Assembly (NCBI GenBank): GCA_002633005.1
Contig: NMRA01000027.1
Coordinates: 595,265 to 659,264, forward strand
Source of the DNA: Phoronis australis
Taxonomy: Eukaryota > Animalia > Phoronida
Direction of reading: 5' to 3'
Length of the DNA stretch: 64,000 nucleotides
The stretch's first letter is position 1. Each line of letters begins with the position of its first letter. The position numbers were made by a program, and so were the translations under genes. Below the pieces are notes generated by a model. It was not told the DNA's origin and did no database searches. It saw nothing but the letters and a program-made list of their open reading frames with translations. Shown one piece after another: positions 1 to 12,800 of this stretch.

Positions 1-246
1 AAACTAGATATACCCTATAGACATACACAGGAAGTCGTGACCTAACAACATTCACAAGTGGGCCAGCCACCATGTCTTCACTGTGTTTTACTATAAACAA
101 TCTCAGCAAGATTCTTCTCCCGGTCACGGCACTAAGAGTACAGTAAAAAGGTGAAAAATTCCTTTTTACTTCCAAAGTTATTTTTTTTAAGGAAAATACT
201 TAATGAACTGAGCTGTCGGTAGCAAAGAAAAAGACAATCAGGACAA

Positions 247-405
247 TAAAATGTTCAGTCACAACTTATGACTTAATTGTTGAAAATAACCCAACGTAAA
301 ATGTTCACAGTCACAAGTTATGACTTGACAGTTGAAAATACCCCAATGTAAAATGTTCAAAGTCACAACTTATGACGTGATTGTTGAAATACCCCCATGT
401 AAAAT
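247..405. repeat. Tandem repeat, about 50-bp unit x3
   Basis: Three imperfect copies of TAAAATGTTCA..GTCACAACTTATGAC...GTTGAAA.TACCC. Confidence 0.8.
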
Positions 406-640
406 CTGACCAAATGTTCCTTGTGCAGTTTCAAACCAAAATCAAAATCAAACTTCAACACCAGAAAGCCTTCACAGTGAAAAGTATATCAGACTTGAGA
501 GCATATACTTAACAGTAAAGAGCAGAGAAAGCACAGACAAACCCAAAACAAAGAAACCATAACAGCGCAAACTTGTACCAAACTGTCTTTAGCAAATGAC
601 CCCAAGAAAGAATTTTATAAAATTTGACTTCATTACTTAC

Positions 641-805
641 AAGGACAGCATAGCTACTCATGTTCAGCGGGTCGTCTGCTATCGGGCACGTGACGGCGCA
701 ATTACAAAGATGTGACAACAACATGTCGATATGCTCCTTGTCCGATGCCATAGACGACGTTATGAATGACGAGACACTCTGTAGTAGCTTGGTGATAGTG
801 AGCAA
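641..805 (-). CDS. LYST: LYST coding exon 6: LLTITKLLQSVSS...SSYAVL
   Basis: ttctttcctcag acceptor, gtaagt donor, 165 nt, phase 0 to 0, follows the large exon. Confidence 0.8.
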
Positions 806-3800
806 CTGAGGAAAGAAATATCCAGTTTGAGCGGAGAGTTAAAACTAACAATGTCGATCTTTGGAGCGAAATCGCAGAGTTTGAGCTGATTTTTTTTGAA
901 AAAAAAATGAGCAACTAAAAATACTGCTCAATCTGAAAGTTTCATGTGAATATGAAGTCCTTCTGAAGTCAGCCATCAATCTAGACATTCTTTAATGGTC
1001 CTACCCAACTTTAAAAGGACACTTTTCACAACTTTAACATGAATATTACGAATATTCCGACTTAAAGATCGACCAAACATGATTTTCGTTGCCATGACAT
1101 AAACTGGTTACAACCCCTATTAGTAAACTCACTTGTCATTGAATTAAAGTAGCTGAAGGCAGGTCTGCTCTGTTAAATCTTGACATGTTTTGCATGGTTT
1201 ATTTGCTACGTGATGTTCAAAATGGAATTTCGCAGAAGAAATAATTTGTCGTATTTTACAATATGGAGACCATAGCTGGTAAGGAGACCATAGTTTGTAT
1301 GGAGACCATAGTTTGTATGGAGACCACAATTTGTATGGAGACCATAGTTTGTATGGAGACCATAGTTTGTAGGGAGACCATAGTTTGTATGGAGACCATA
1401 GTTTGTATGGAGACCATAGTTTGTATGGAGACCATAGTTTGTATGGAGACCATAGTTTGTATGGAGACCATAGTTTGTATGGTTAAGTAACTGGACGGAA
1501 TTACTCTTTCTGATCCAACTGTAGCATTCAAATCTATTCTCTTAAAAAATACTTTCAAAATTTACCAAAAAATCCCAGCACAAGCATTGTTTGGTTCTAT
1601 TATCCAATCACTTCAACACTGTATTACAGTAAACAGCCAAAACACACACCTTGGAGTCGAACAGGGCTCCGTCGCTTGTGCAGTATAGGCAGACCCCCAA
1701 AAGTGATTCCAGCAGTGACAGCGCTACCTGGTAAGAAGTTTCAAAATGTTCGTCTGCGTGTGACCTCTTATCATGAAGAAGAGTCTGAATGATTTCGGGT
1801 TTCAACAGCTCAACAAGGAGTTTATATGCATGGTCTGGGCCAGTGAATACTTCAATGAACTGCCGCCTGTAGATGTCACTACTGGCTAGCATCTTGTAGC
1901 ATGTTCGCCAAATGTCATGGTGATACAACAAAGTTGGAATGTCAGTCAAACTGGAACATTTAGTTTTCTGTTCGTCAGAAACCTTGGATACAATGCAGAC
2001 AGGTTGGTTGTTCACTTGAAAGTCTTTGTTGTGGGACAATAAATCTTCAATTTGATTGTTATCTAAGCCATTGCTGGCATTTGTGTCCGAGTTAAGACAA
2101 CTTGTGTTAATAGTGTTCAAACGCTCTGGTTCATCCTTTAATAAGATATGTTTGAGAAAAACGTCACACACTTGCACGACACCATCCTCATCACAGGCCA
2201 GATACACATTTTGTTTCATTTTATGCTTCTGATTCCCTTCCACACTGCTACCAGAGGTTAGTATGAGCACTTCAAACACTTGCAGAATGGTGGAGCGTAG
2301 CGTCTCCGTTTCCATTAGATGGCATAGGTTGGAAATACTGCGTTGGTGAAGAAAGACCTTCCTACAGTTCTCTGACTGAAGTATCAGGGGCAGACCATAG
2401 AGACAATAGTGAACCACTTTTCTCTGTATGTTATATGTGGTAGCTTTTGCAGAGGCTCCAGCTGATGGGTTGCCTACGATAACAGGGGTCCTTGACCTCT
2501 CAGCTAGTTGAAGCATGGGCTGTATAACATGTAGAAATATCTGGAACTTGAGAGGAGCTGAAGCCTGGCTGGTCAGTCGAAGCAAGTGTTTAGCCAATTG
2601 ACCAGCTACGTTCTCATTAGTCGACTGCATGAGGTGATAGAGAGTCTGCATCACCTGCCACTTAGACGACCTGTTGTGCCTCTGGTTATCCGCCAAGCTC
2701 GCCTCGCTGCTAGATAGAGCACTGTCTGAGGTACGAGTGGTCCTGTTGTCGAACTCCACACCCTGCTCAACACTGTAGGTGGTGTTGTCACTGGTACAGG
2801 TTGGACATGGATCGGGTCTCCTGTGACTGGCCGACGATCCACCACACTGGTCCAGTAATAATTTGACTAATATCGTAAGTATATGATGTCGTCTTTGTGG
2901 CGCATATGACGGCAAATGTTTCAACATGTTGGTCAGGACGTCTGCTGGAGACACACAGCAGCAGATGCCACATTCTTCAATACACTGAAGCACATGTGAG
3001 TGACAAAACCGCGTCTTCACTGTCGACAGAAGCGTCATCAGGAACTCTGACAATATGGCCACGGCACATTTTGATGGGCCCTTGACATGTGAATCCAACT
3101 CCTGGTTTTCTAGATTACCGCCGCCGTCACTCATGGCGAACTGATGACTGACATACGACGAACTAGTGATGCCAAGGATGTCGTGATGGTGGTGGCGAAA
3201 CTGCGTAAAATCACATTTACGATGACGATGTTTCAGACACGTGACATTGTGTACATAGTCCACTTTTGTCTTTTTCAATGCCAGCACAATCTTGCTAACA
3301 CCATGAATGAGTGACGCCACCTGTTGTCGGTACTGTTCACACAGAGCATTGTTTTTTTCATAAAAGTTAATGATATATTCAATCAGCTCAAAGCCGCGCC
3401 ACTTACGGAAGTCCTCCAACAGGTGGAGGGCACTCTTCATATGAGCAATGTTGACCTGCTGTGGCAATGAGTTGAATATACTCTGTATCAACATGAGCAC
3501 ACTTTCTAGTGACTCGCAGGCAAACAAGAGAGCTCGCTCCATGTTTTGGTCATTGATTGACACTTGTTTGTGTTTGGGGACTAAGTCATTCTCAAAATCA
3601 TTCAAGACCACTCTGCACACGGCCAAAACGGTTGAGACTGTTCCATTGTCTGCTAACACCAAGGTGCCATTTGGTTGAAAGCTAACATAAGACGACAGAC
3701 TAATGATGACTCTTAACAACATGCGACCCAATATAATCACGTGTTCATATGACCAACCCTCTGGTGGGTTGCTGTAGTTCGTGGTGTGCAGATCCGACAA

Positions 3801-6800
3801 CCTCTGAGTAAGGTTAGGTAAAATGGATGCCGACAACGATTTTAACGATGGCATGACTGTAACATCAGTGTGACAAAGTTGGCGCGTTAGCTCCAGAAGC
3901 CGTACACACAAGGCGAGGGGTGCGTGCTCTTCAAGATCACGGTAATATACTTCATCCTGGTCCTCGTTGCCTTCATCTGAAGATTCTGAGGAAAACAGAT
4001 TGGGAAGGACACTGCATTCTTGAGTCAACTTTCGAAAAGCACTCTCAGCCGCTCGACGAGATTGGGGCCGCCTTCGATGTAGGTGAATGAGTCTCTCTGG
4101 CTCGACCTCAGTGTCAGAGTCAGACATCTGATGACCGCTGTCTGAGAGTCGTTTCTTTGAGGCTAGGTGACCAGTTGAATTTTTCTGCAGCCCAGTCACG
4201 ATTTCACTGTCGACGGCATAGTCGGATATGTATGTGTAGCGGCCGATTTGATCAGATTTGTGCTTGGTCGAGCTAGTGAGGTGGTGGAAACAGTCAGATA
4301 AAGGGCTGAAGTCCAGTTCACTTATCTCATCTGGAATGCACAGAAGGCATACGATTCATTCAGGATGGTGTACAATTCAGAAGACAGCATGCAATGTAGA
4401 ACAAACAACATACAACTGAGGATTCAGTATAGACAGTTCCACCCACAGACAATAATCTCAGATACATTAAGTTATATTATGCATGAACAGCACAGTCAGC
4501 ATCAAATATAGACAGAACATAATCTCAGATACGTTAACTTTATATACAATTATGTCTATACACCACATACAGATAACAACTGTCAATCGGAGCTGCCAGA
4601 TGACCTGGCTGTGTCAAGGTCAAATGGAGCTGGATTTGCAACAAAGTGCATGATGCAAACATGATTACTGTCATGAGGGAGCCAAACATGCTACTGAGCC
4701 GGGGATAATTATAGTCCAGGTTATATGATGGGCACAGGCCTAGAGAATAAGAGAACAGATTATTATCTTTTAAACAAATTCAAGACAAATCCAAAGATGA
4801 CGAATGAATCAGAGCACTCCAATACTAAGATAACAACTTTTTGATACTTTGCAGTTTCAATGGAAGACATTTTTGTCAAATCTGACCTGGAAACACATTC
4901 TCACTTCAGTCGGTTAGTCGAATGCGTAACAGGTGACTGATTGTACACAACAGCGTTAAAGTACTGTCATTTTTATCAACTTACAAAATCAAAGATCAGA
5001 AACAACTAAGAGGTTGAAAAGCTTCGACTTACAAGGTTGCTCAAAATTATTAAGTAACAATCCTAATCTCAGAAGATGGCAAAATCTTCACCAGTTGAAA
5101 GTCACGTTTAATGTCACATTGTAATAGTCACATCCAGGGCTCCCGCATTTTAATGACCAATTTTCTCCACATCATGATCGTTATCCTGGCACGGCCAGCT
5201 TTAAAAAATGTCTTGAACGGCATGACCAAGAGTGAAAGAGACGTCCTGCTTTAAGACAACCTTAGGAAAAATGGCTAAACCAAGAATTCTAACATTTTTG
5301 ATTCATAAATTTTATTGAAACTTTCAATTTGTCATTTTACTTTGCTACGTACTCATACATAACTCGAGATTACCAACTATTTTTACCATATACATCACAC
5401 AGGTGTTGGTAGCCAATCACGTTTTTCAGGTGGAGCATCTCCCTATCCTGCGACATCAGGGTGACCTCATATCTGGCGCATCATCTCGTAAATTTTAATC
5501 TCAACTTTTGAAATCGTAGATGAGTCCCTGCTCCACATAATAAGCACATTTTTGCTAGCTGTTAGGATGACAAATTGTTCTAAAACAGGCATGCAATATA
5601 TTTTGCTGTAAAATTTTATTTATTTTGGCAAGCCATATTAATTTTTGAGATAGTGATATCACTCAAATGACTATCGAGATATTGGGCGACTTTGATGGTA
5701 ACTAACCATAATACGTAGTTTTAATAACAGTCTTGAGTGAATAATCAATAATACTTGCTTTAAAAACTGCATCGAAAAATCTTTGAGTTTCCAAAAATAT
5801 GCCCCCTCTTTCTAAAACTATGTCCAGGGGTATATTCGGTTTCATTTAACATATTTTGAAAAGTCGTTTCCTGAATATCAGCACATGGGTATACTTTTGG
5901 AAATTCCTGATTATTGTTTTAGGGGCACCCTACTTGTATTCAGTTTAACAAGTGACATTTCATTTTCTAGGCAAGAATATCCATGTTGTAAACATGATTT
6001 ACAAACCTTGTTTGTCTGTGTCTGGCATCTTGTGGGCAAACTTAAAGCAAACGGGAAGTAGAGAAACAAGAACTTCTGCTAGATCTTTGGCACATGATAT
6101 GTTCTGTAAGAAGAAAATAAAGCACTCATCCTGTAAATTAAAACTACATTCACAATAATGCAAACATTGTGTGTCAGAATTGAATCACTGTTGCATTACT
6201 TGTAAAGATCAGTCCATTTCTGGCCTAGATTCTCGAGTCAAAACAAATTTGTTAGGTGATGGGCCGGGACTGAAAATCTTGGGGTGTCTTGGACAGTTAT
6301 CAGTTCACTGAATAGACAGTGAACACGGTTTGCTCTGACAGATTGACGTTTATTGGAACTTGGTCACCACTTCTGGTCTGCAGCTATTTTCTATAATTTC
6401 TTTCACACAGAGATCAACAGAAATGGCCTCCAAAAAGGTACTAACCTTCTGCTATAAGAATAAAGTTATGAACCATCATGTGCACATGACCAGTCCTGGG
6501 CTCATATATCAGAGTGCTAACCACCCACTCAAGGCTCACAATGAAGAATTAACAGCAACACGTTACCTGGGCTCATAATAGAATACCACCCATGTACCTT
6601 AGCTCAGGGCTCACATTAGAATTCTAACCACCGAGACATGACTTTGAGGGTGGTCCGTCAAAATATAGTAACAGAATATGAAGCAAAACTAAAGGAAATA
6701 AGAAATTGAAACATCGGAGAACCATAAAATCAACAAACTATCCCTAGACCATATTACTAGAACTAGGTCTGCTGATTGGACATTACCTCACCACTTGTGT

Positions 6801-9800
6801 GTCGAGTCTGATATCAATCTTTTGACTCAGTAGTATTAATTTATCATACTGAGAACGTGATCCTTGCATGCTGTGGTCATGGCGCATATGAATGGAACTG
6901 CATGGTGCCAAGCTTAGTTCTTGTAATAATCCTCTTAATAGCCCTTCACACTAACAATGGATGATATATTGTGACCAACAAAACAACACTTGGCATAAAT
7001 TCATCTGAAAATGAGACCAGGACACGTGCTTCAAGGTCAACACTCTCCTTCAAGGTCAACCCTCGCTTTCAACATATTAAATGACTGGTCATGTGCACGA
7101 TACTTAAAACATACAATTAGTAGAAGATATTTACAAGCGAATTTGAATACCAACGTTTGACAGAAGATACAAGACAAATCAGTCGGAGAACTCTACCATG
7201 GGAACATTTAAAAACAAAATAGTGATCCCATGCTGTAGGAACCAACTTCATAGGACAATAGTTTTCAAATCCAGAATGAGCCTGGTTTAATGTTAAGCGT
7301 TCATGGAATCTTTTGTTCCATATCATGACAACAGTGAAGATCACCTGGAACTCCAATGGCGCAAAAATGTGAGGTTCTAAAGTGCTTGACGAATATTGTG
7401 GCATTGTAGGCAAAAAGAGATTCGAGTGTCAGTATGTAATCTGCTCTATTGCAGATGGGCAGTCTGCCCTCTTGGTTGTAGCCTCCCGATGCTTCAGTAC
7501 CATCATCTCCAGCAGATATCCTGGATATTTGGCCCCTCACAAAATATTTAGGCAGTACCCCACCCTCACCCTGGAATGGTTGTAGTTAACCTAGACATAC
7601 ACGCCATGCCAGTGCTAACAGTGCTCCTCTTCCTGTGAAGTAACTTAGTGTGGGGACCTTGTGCACTTACAGACAAGACACTATCAGTCTGGGGGAGTGG
7701 ACAGCAATCAGACACATTACATAACATATTAGTCAAATACATTTATCATATTGTGTATGCACAGACATGAATTCTGTCTTATTAACCCACAATGTCTGTA
7801 GAGCTGCAGCCCCAGACAAAGACATCTCACATAATGTAACCCAACTAAGTCACTTCAAAATAATGGATAGAGATTAGTGCCACACCAAGGCAACACCACA
7901 ATAATCCATAAAAGAGGTATACAAGATACTACGAAGTGGCAAAAATCCTACTTAGCCAATACAGAGACTTCTGCGGGCAAATCTACAACTGTTCATTTAA
8001 TTAAGAGCAATTTTATAAGCAGTGCTCACTTTTTTAAATTGCCATCAGGGGACACAGCAGCAGACTGGAAGTCAAGTAAACCATTCTTTCACCTACCATA
8101 TTCCATACAGAAGTTTGTAGATACTGAGGCAGGTGCCCACAGTGTGTGTGACTGTGACATATTATGCACCAAAATTACAATGCTGTCTGTTCTATGTCAC
8201 ATGTTAATTTGCACTTGTTGAGCAGTTCTGATGACCTCATGCCAACAATGTAATGTTTTTAGACTTAAAACTTTCACGAAATCCGAGCCCTGGGCTTCAA
8301 TGCATTTATTGAGCGTATGTGAACCCACCGTTTTCCGATATTGCAGACACAAAATGAAATGCCTTGTGTACTAACTTTAATTCTCTGTAGAAGATTCGAT
8401 GAGAAAATTTGATATGGTGCTGACCTACTGGTAAGTCTCTTACTGTCAATCTTATTATGTAGACCAAGCTAGCTTGCTTACCTGATTTGTGTACTCGCTG
8501 TTCTATCAGAATTTTATGTGACATTTTGTGGTATTACTATTGCAGAGTCTGTGGACGCCCAGCCGTATTTTTGTATGCTGTAGTATTTTGTATATATTTT
8601 ACTTTAAATTCATAAATACATAATAGATATGCAAGTGTCCCCACATATTGTTAGTTTAACTTCTTCCTGTAGTACATAATACGATACGCAGTAGTTAGTA
8701 ACTGCGTAGTAGCCCTAGAAGAAATCTTTTTTTATGCTGTGTGAGACTGTGCATATAAGATAATGGTTCCTGGTCAATTTGGACATGTTCGACAGTTTAT
8801 GCAGCCCGTGAATATTTACTTTCTGTTTTTGTACATCCGCATAAGAAAGGATTTTAATCAGTTAATTACATTTTCATAAATCCTATACATCCTGTCCTCA
8901 CAGTGATGTACTAGTATTTATGACCTATTATGCTATCATCACTTACGCGTTATGTTTGTAAAAACGTTTTATTTCAAAGAAGTATTTTAAAACTATTATT
9001 ACTTTGTGTTTCTTTTGTGATTGACATTCAACTGTCACATCATTTTGATTTCTAGTGGGAAATTTTAAATCCAAATTTGCCAGTCCATTAATGATTTAAC
9101 TATTCATGCTGCGCATAATTTACGTATTAGCCTTTACCTCCAAGTCAGTTGAAAACTCATGTCCAACTGTCAGGTTCTATGCTATCAGTGGTGTTCTCCA
9201 GACTACTGATTTTTTAAACGGGCTTGTCTTTGAATAAGACACCACCAAAAATTGAGGCTTTCATGAAAACATGAATTTTCATCTTAAAAACTGCATTAAG
9301 TAAAAATGACATTTTAGAAAACTGGTTTTCAAATTTGTTTTTGAATATTATAAATGTGAAATGAAAATTGTCCATGCTGATAATGCTTTATCTTTCCTGA
9401 AACATAGTTTTTTGCCAATTTTTAATAAAAGAAAACATGCGCAGGTGAAGACAGGTTTGCTTTACGTAGAAAATTAAATTCCATAATCCTTCTAGTTTTA
9501 GAAAATATGTACCTCTTCTGAGTACAATTCTGGAATTTTGCAAATAATGTGACTAAATAAGCACGTGCTATCTGCTAATAAGATTATTCAAATGAAAATT
9601 ATCGCAGTGCTCTATCCCGTTACATTAAAGTGTTCCACCATAACAGCAACAGATGTAAATGACCTCTTGACCTGAGAAGGAAAGTAGTAGCCTAAAAGTC
9701 AGACCTACATGTATTCTCTGCTGAGCTGGACAATAGGCCATTCATGGTGCATTAGACTCCAATCTGAAGAGTTAGAGACCTGACTCAAGGCTCTAACAGT

Positions 9801-12800
9801 GTTCCCCACAGGGATTCAAACCCACAACCTTGAGCAAAGCAATTGGACACTTATCCCACTAGGCCATACTAACACCTTGCTCGCTCCCAGGAACCAACTA
9901 ATTGTAATGAAAACTTACAACTAGTATCAACATGCAGAAGATTGATATTTCAAAAGTAACCAGTACCTTTGTTATTCCATGTTCGTTCCCAGCTGGTTGA
10001 CCTTTGATAAACTGGACTTCTGGTTTCACTGCACAGCAGACGTACAGTAAAATATCACTAATTTTGGACAAAAACAAGTGGCAGTTTTAATTTTTTAAGG
10101 GCCATAACTATAATTGTAATGAATGGCCACAGTTTTTAAAAACGTCCTTTAATATTAACTATGGTGTAGAACCTAAACACAGAAAAGTATTAATTTGGTG
10201 CGACACAATTTTCCATGGAAAAAATTATTATAAAATCATGTTCCACGGTTTGTGGGGCGTATTGTGTCCTAAATTGGGGAAAATTTAGCGTAATAAGAGT
10301 CGTCAATAAAGATTAGATGATTTGGATTTACCAGGTGTCAGTAGAATTTTCAACATGAAAAACCTTCGTGTTGAGACGACGTTACCTTCAGATGCCTCTA
10401 CTTACATGAACTCCGACCCAGTATTGCACCTCCAAGATCAACCAACCACGTCCACTTAACAAGTACGACCTCAGCGCTGACGTGTCGTCATCATTTTTGG
10501 CAGAGCTGCAGATCTCGTGAATATCTGTCATAAACACTGTCGCAAGAATACCACTCATTCCTCTCATCTCCCTGAAAGAAGATACAAATACGTTTTAACA
10601 GCTAAACATTCTTTGCATTTCATACATATTGCCATACCTGACGTGTTTGCCAGCAACTGCGTTTTTGAGTCAACTGAAATGAGTAAGCTAAAGAATGTAC
10701 ATACAGAGTTCATGGCTGCGTCACCATGAATGTTACAGGAAGTAGTTTTATTGACATTGACAAATGCACCACCTGATTCGCCAGATTTTTCTGAACATTG
10801 CGTTCTTCTGTGCCTGTGAAAACCATTTATAGACGGTTTTCATGAACCAAATAGAATTGAAACTGCCAACTACAGTGGTGAACAAAACTTCTTAAATTTC
10901 ACACAACCAAACTTTACCACAAGAGGAAGAAGGTGAGGTTCCTGGTTTCCATGCGTGAACAGGTAATTAGAAAGCAGCCTCATCGCCGCCCTCATGTGAG
11001 CTAAACAATTTCGTTATAGGGATAAAACGGGCTCAGTGATGGCCAAAACAGTCTTATGAGGACAACATGGTCTTATTGAGGGCAAAATGGTCCGATTATC
11101 TGAGCAGAAAGGTTTCAATTTCTGCTCTAGATCTTAATGCAGCAACATAATGGAGAAGTTGTAATTGAAGAGCACACCACAAAATTGTAGCTTTCAACAA
11201 GACTAGAACAGAATACCTTGAATACAAATCCTGTCAAGTTAATAACTACTAATTCACATAATATAAATTAACGATTAATAAGCTCATTACAAAACTGACA
11301 AAAGATGTCACGAATATCACCAACATGGCACCCTTTGAGGAGTCCATCAACAATTATGTTAATGCTCTGTGCACAACTTTGATGTTTTTAAACAAAAATA
11401 GTTTACAATCATCGCTTCACATCGGGACAATAGGAAGCAAGCTAAGTTTTGAACATAGATTCCATTGCAAGTCTGATGTATTCCAGTTTTAAAGATGAAA
11501 AACTTGGTATGTGCTACAATCCAGTGTGGCATGCAACTGAAACAATAAGAGAGGCCATCTTGGAAAGTTAGAAAACAATTGAACTAGGCCAAAATGCAAA
11601 TTAAAATGAGGCAGTGCTTTCACAAAGACATGAATTTCTCTAAATCAAAAATGACATCTAAATTAAATTGTCCCAAACCAAAAAGACTCTTCTGCATTAT
11701 GATGCGTCGACATAAGACTCCTAAATCACTAACAAAAGCAAACACTTACTGTTCTCCATGACTAGAATTGATATGCGCCGACATCTTCACACATCATTAT
11801 CCAGTCATAATTCAAACTTCATGAACGATTTAAGTGAAGCAAANTACTTACATGAACTCCGACCCAGTATTGCACCTCCAAGATCAACCAACCACGTCCA
11901 CTTAACAAGTACGACCTCAGCGCTGACGTGTCGTCATCATTTTTGGCAGAGCTGCAGATCTCGTGAATATCTGTCATAAACACTGTCGCAAGAATACCAC
12001 TCATTCCTCTCATCTCCCTGAAAGAAGATACAAATACGTTTTAACAGCTAAACATTCTTTGCATTTCATGTATATCGCCATACCTGACGTGTTTGCCAGC
12101 AACTGCGTTTTTGAGTCAACTGAAATGAGTAAGCTAAAGAATGTACATACAGAGTTCATGGCGGCGTCACCATGAATGATACAGGAAGTAGTTTTATTGA
12201 CACTGACAAATGCACCACCTGATTCGCCAGATTTTTCTGAACATTGCGTTCTTCTGTGCCTGTGAAAACCATTTATTGACGGTTTTCATGAACCAGATAG
12301 AATTAAAACTGCCAACTAAAGTGGTGAATAAAACTTCCTAAATTTCACACAACCAAACTTTACCACAAGAGGCAGAAGGTGAGGTTCCTGGTTTCCATGC
12401 GTGAACAGGTAATTAGAAAGCAGCCTCATCGCCGCCCTCATGTGAGCTAAACAGTTTCGTTATAGGGATAAAACGGGCTCAGTGATGGCCAAAACGGTCT
12501 TATTATGAGGACAACATGGTCTTATTGAGGGCAAAATGGTCCGATTATCTGAGCAGAAAGGTTTCAGTTTCTGCTCTAGATCTTAATGCAGCAACATTAT
12601 GGAGAAGTTGTAATTGAAGAGCACACCACAAAAATTGTAGCTTTCAACAAGACTAGAACAGAATACCTTGAATACAAATCCTGTCAATTTAATAACTACT
12701 AATTCGCATAATATAAATTAACGATTAATAAGCTCATTACAAAACTGACAAAAGATGTCACGAATATCACCAACATGGCACCCTTTGAGGAGTCCATCAA

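Noticed and set aside
1144-1558. Repetitive ORFs (METIVC, MVSIQT, WSPYKL) as proteins, or the array as CRISPR
   Set aside because: They are translations of an 18-bp intronic minisatellite with no unique spacers, in a eukaryotic context with no cas genes.
9800-9870. Functional tRNA gene
   Set aside because: A and B boxes are present but there is no convincing acceptor or anticodon stem; treated as a SINE head.
9967-10028. Minus-strand exon candidate (KPEVQFIKGQPAGNEHGITK)
   Set aside because: Starts in phase 1, incompatible with the phase-0 intron; no LYST similarity.
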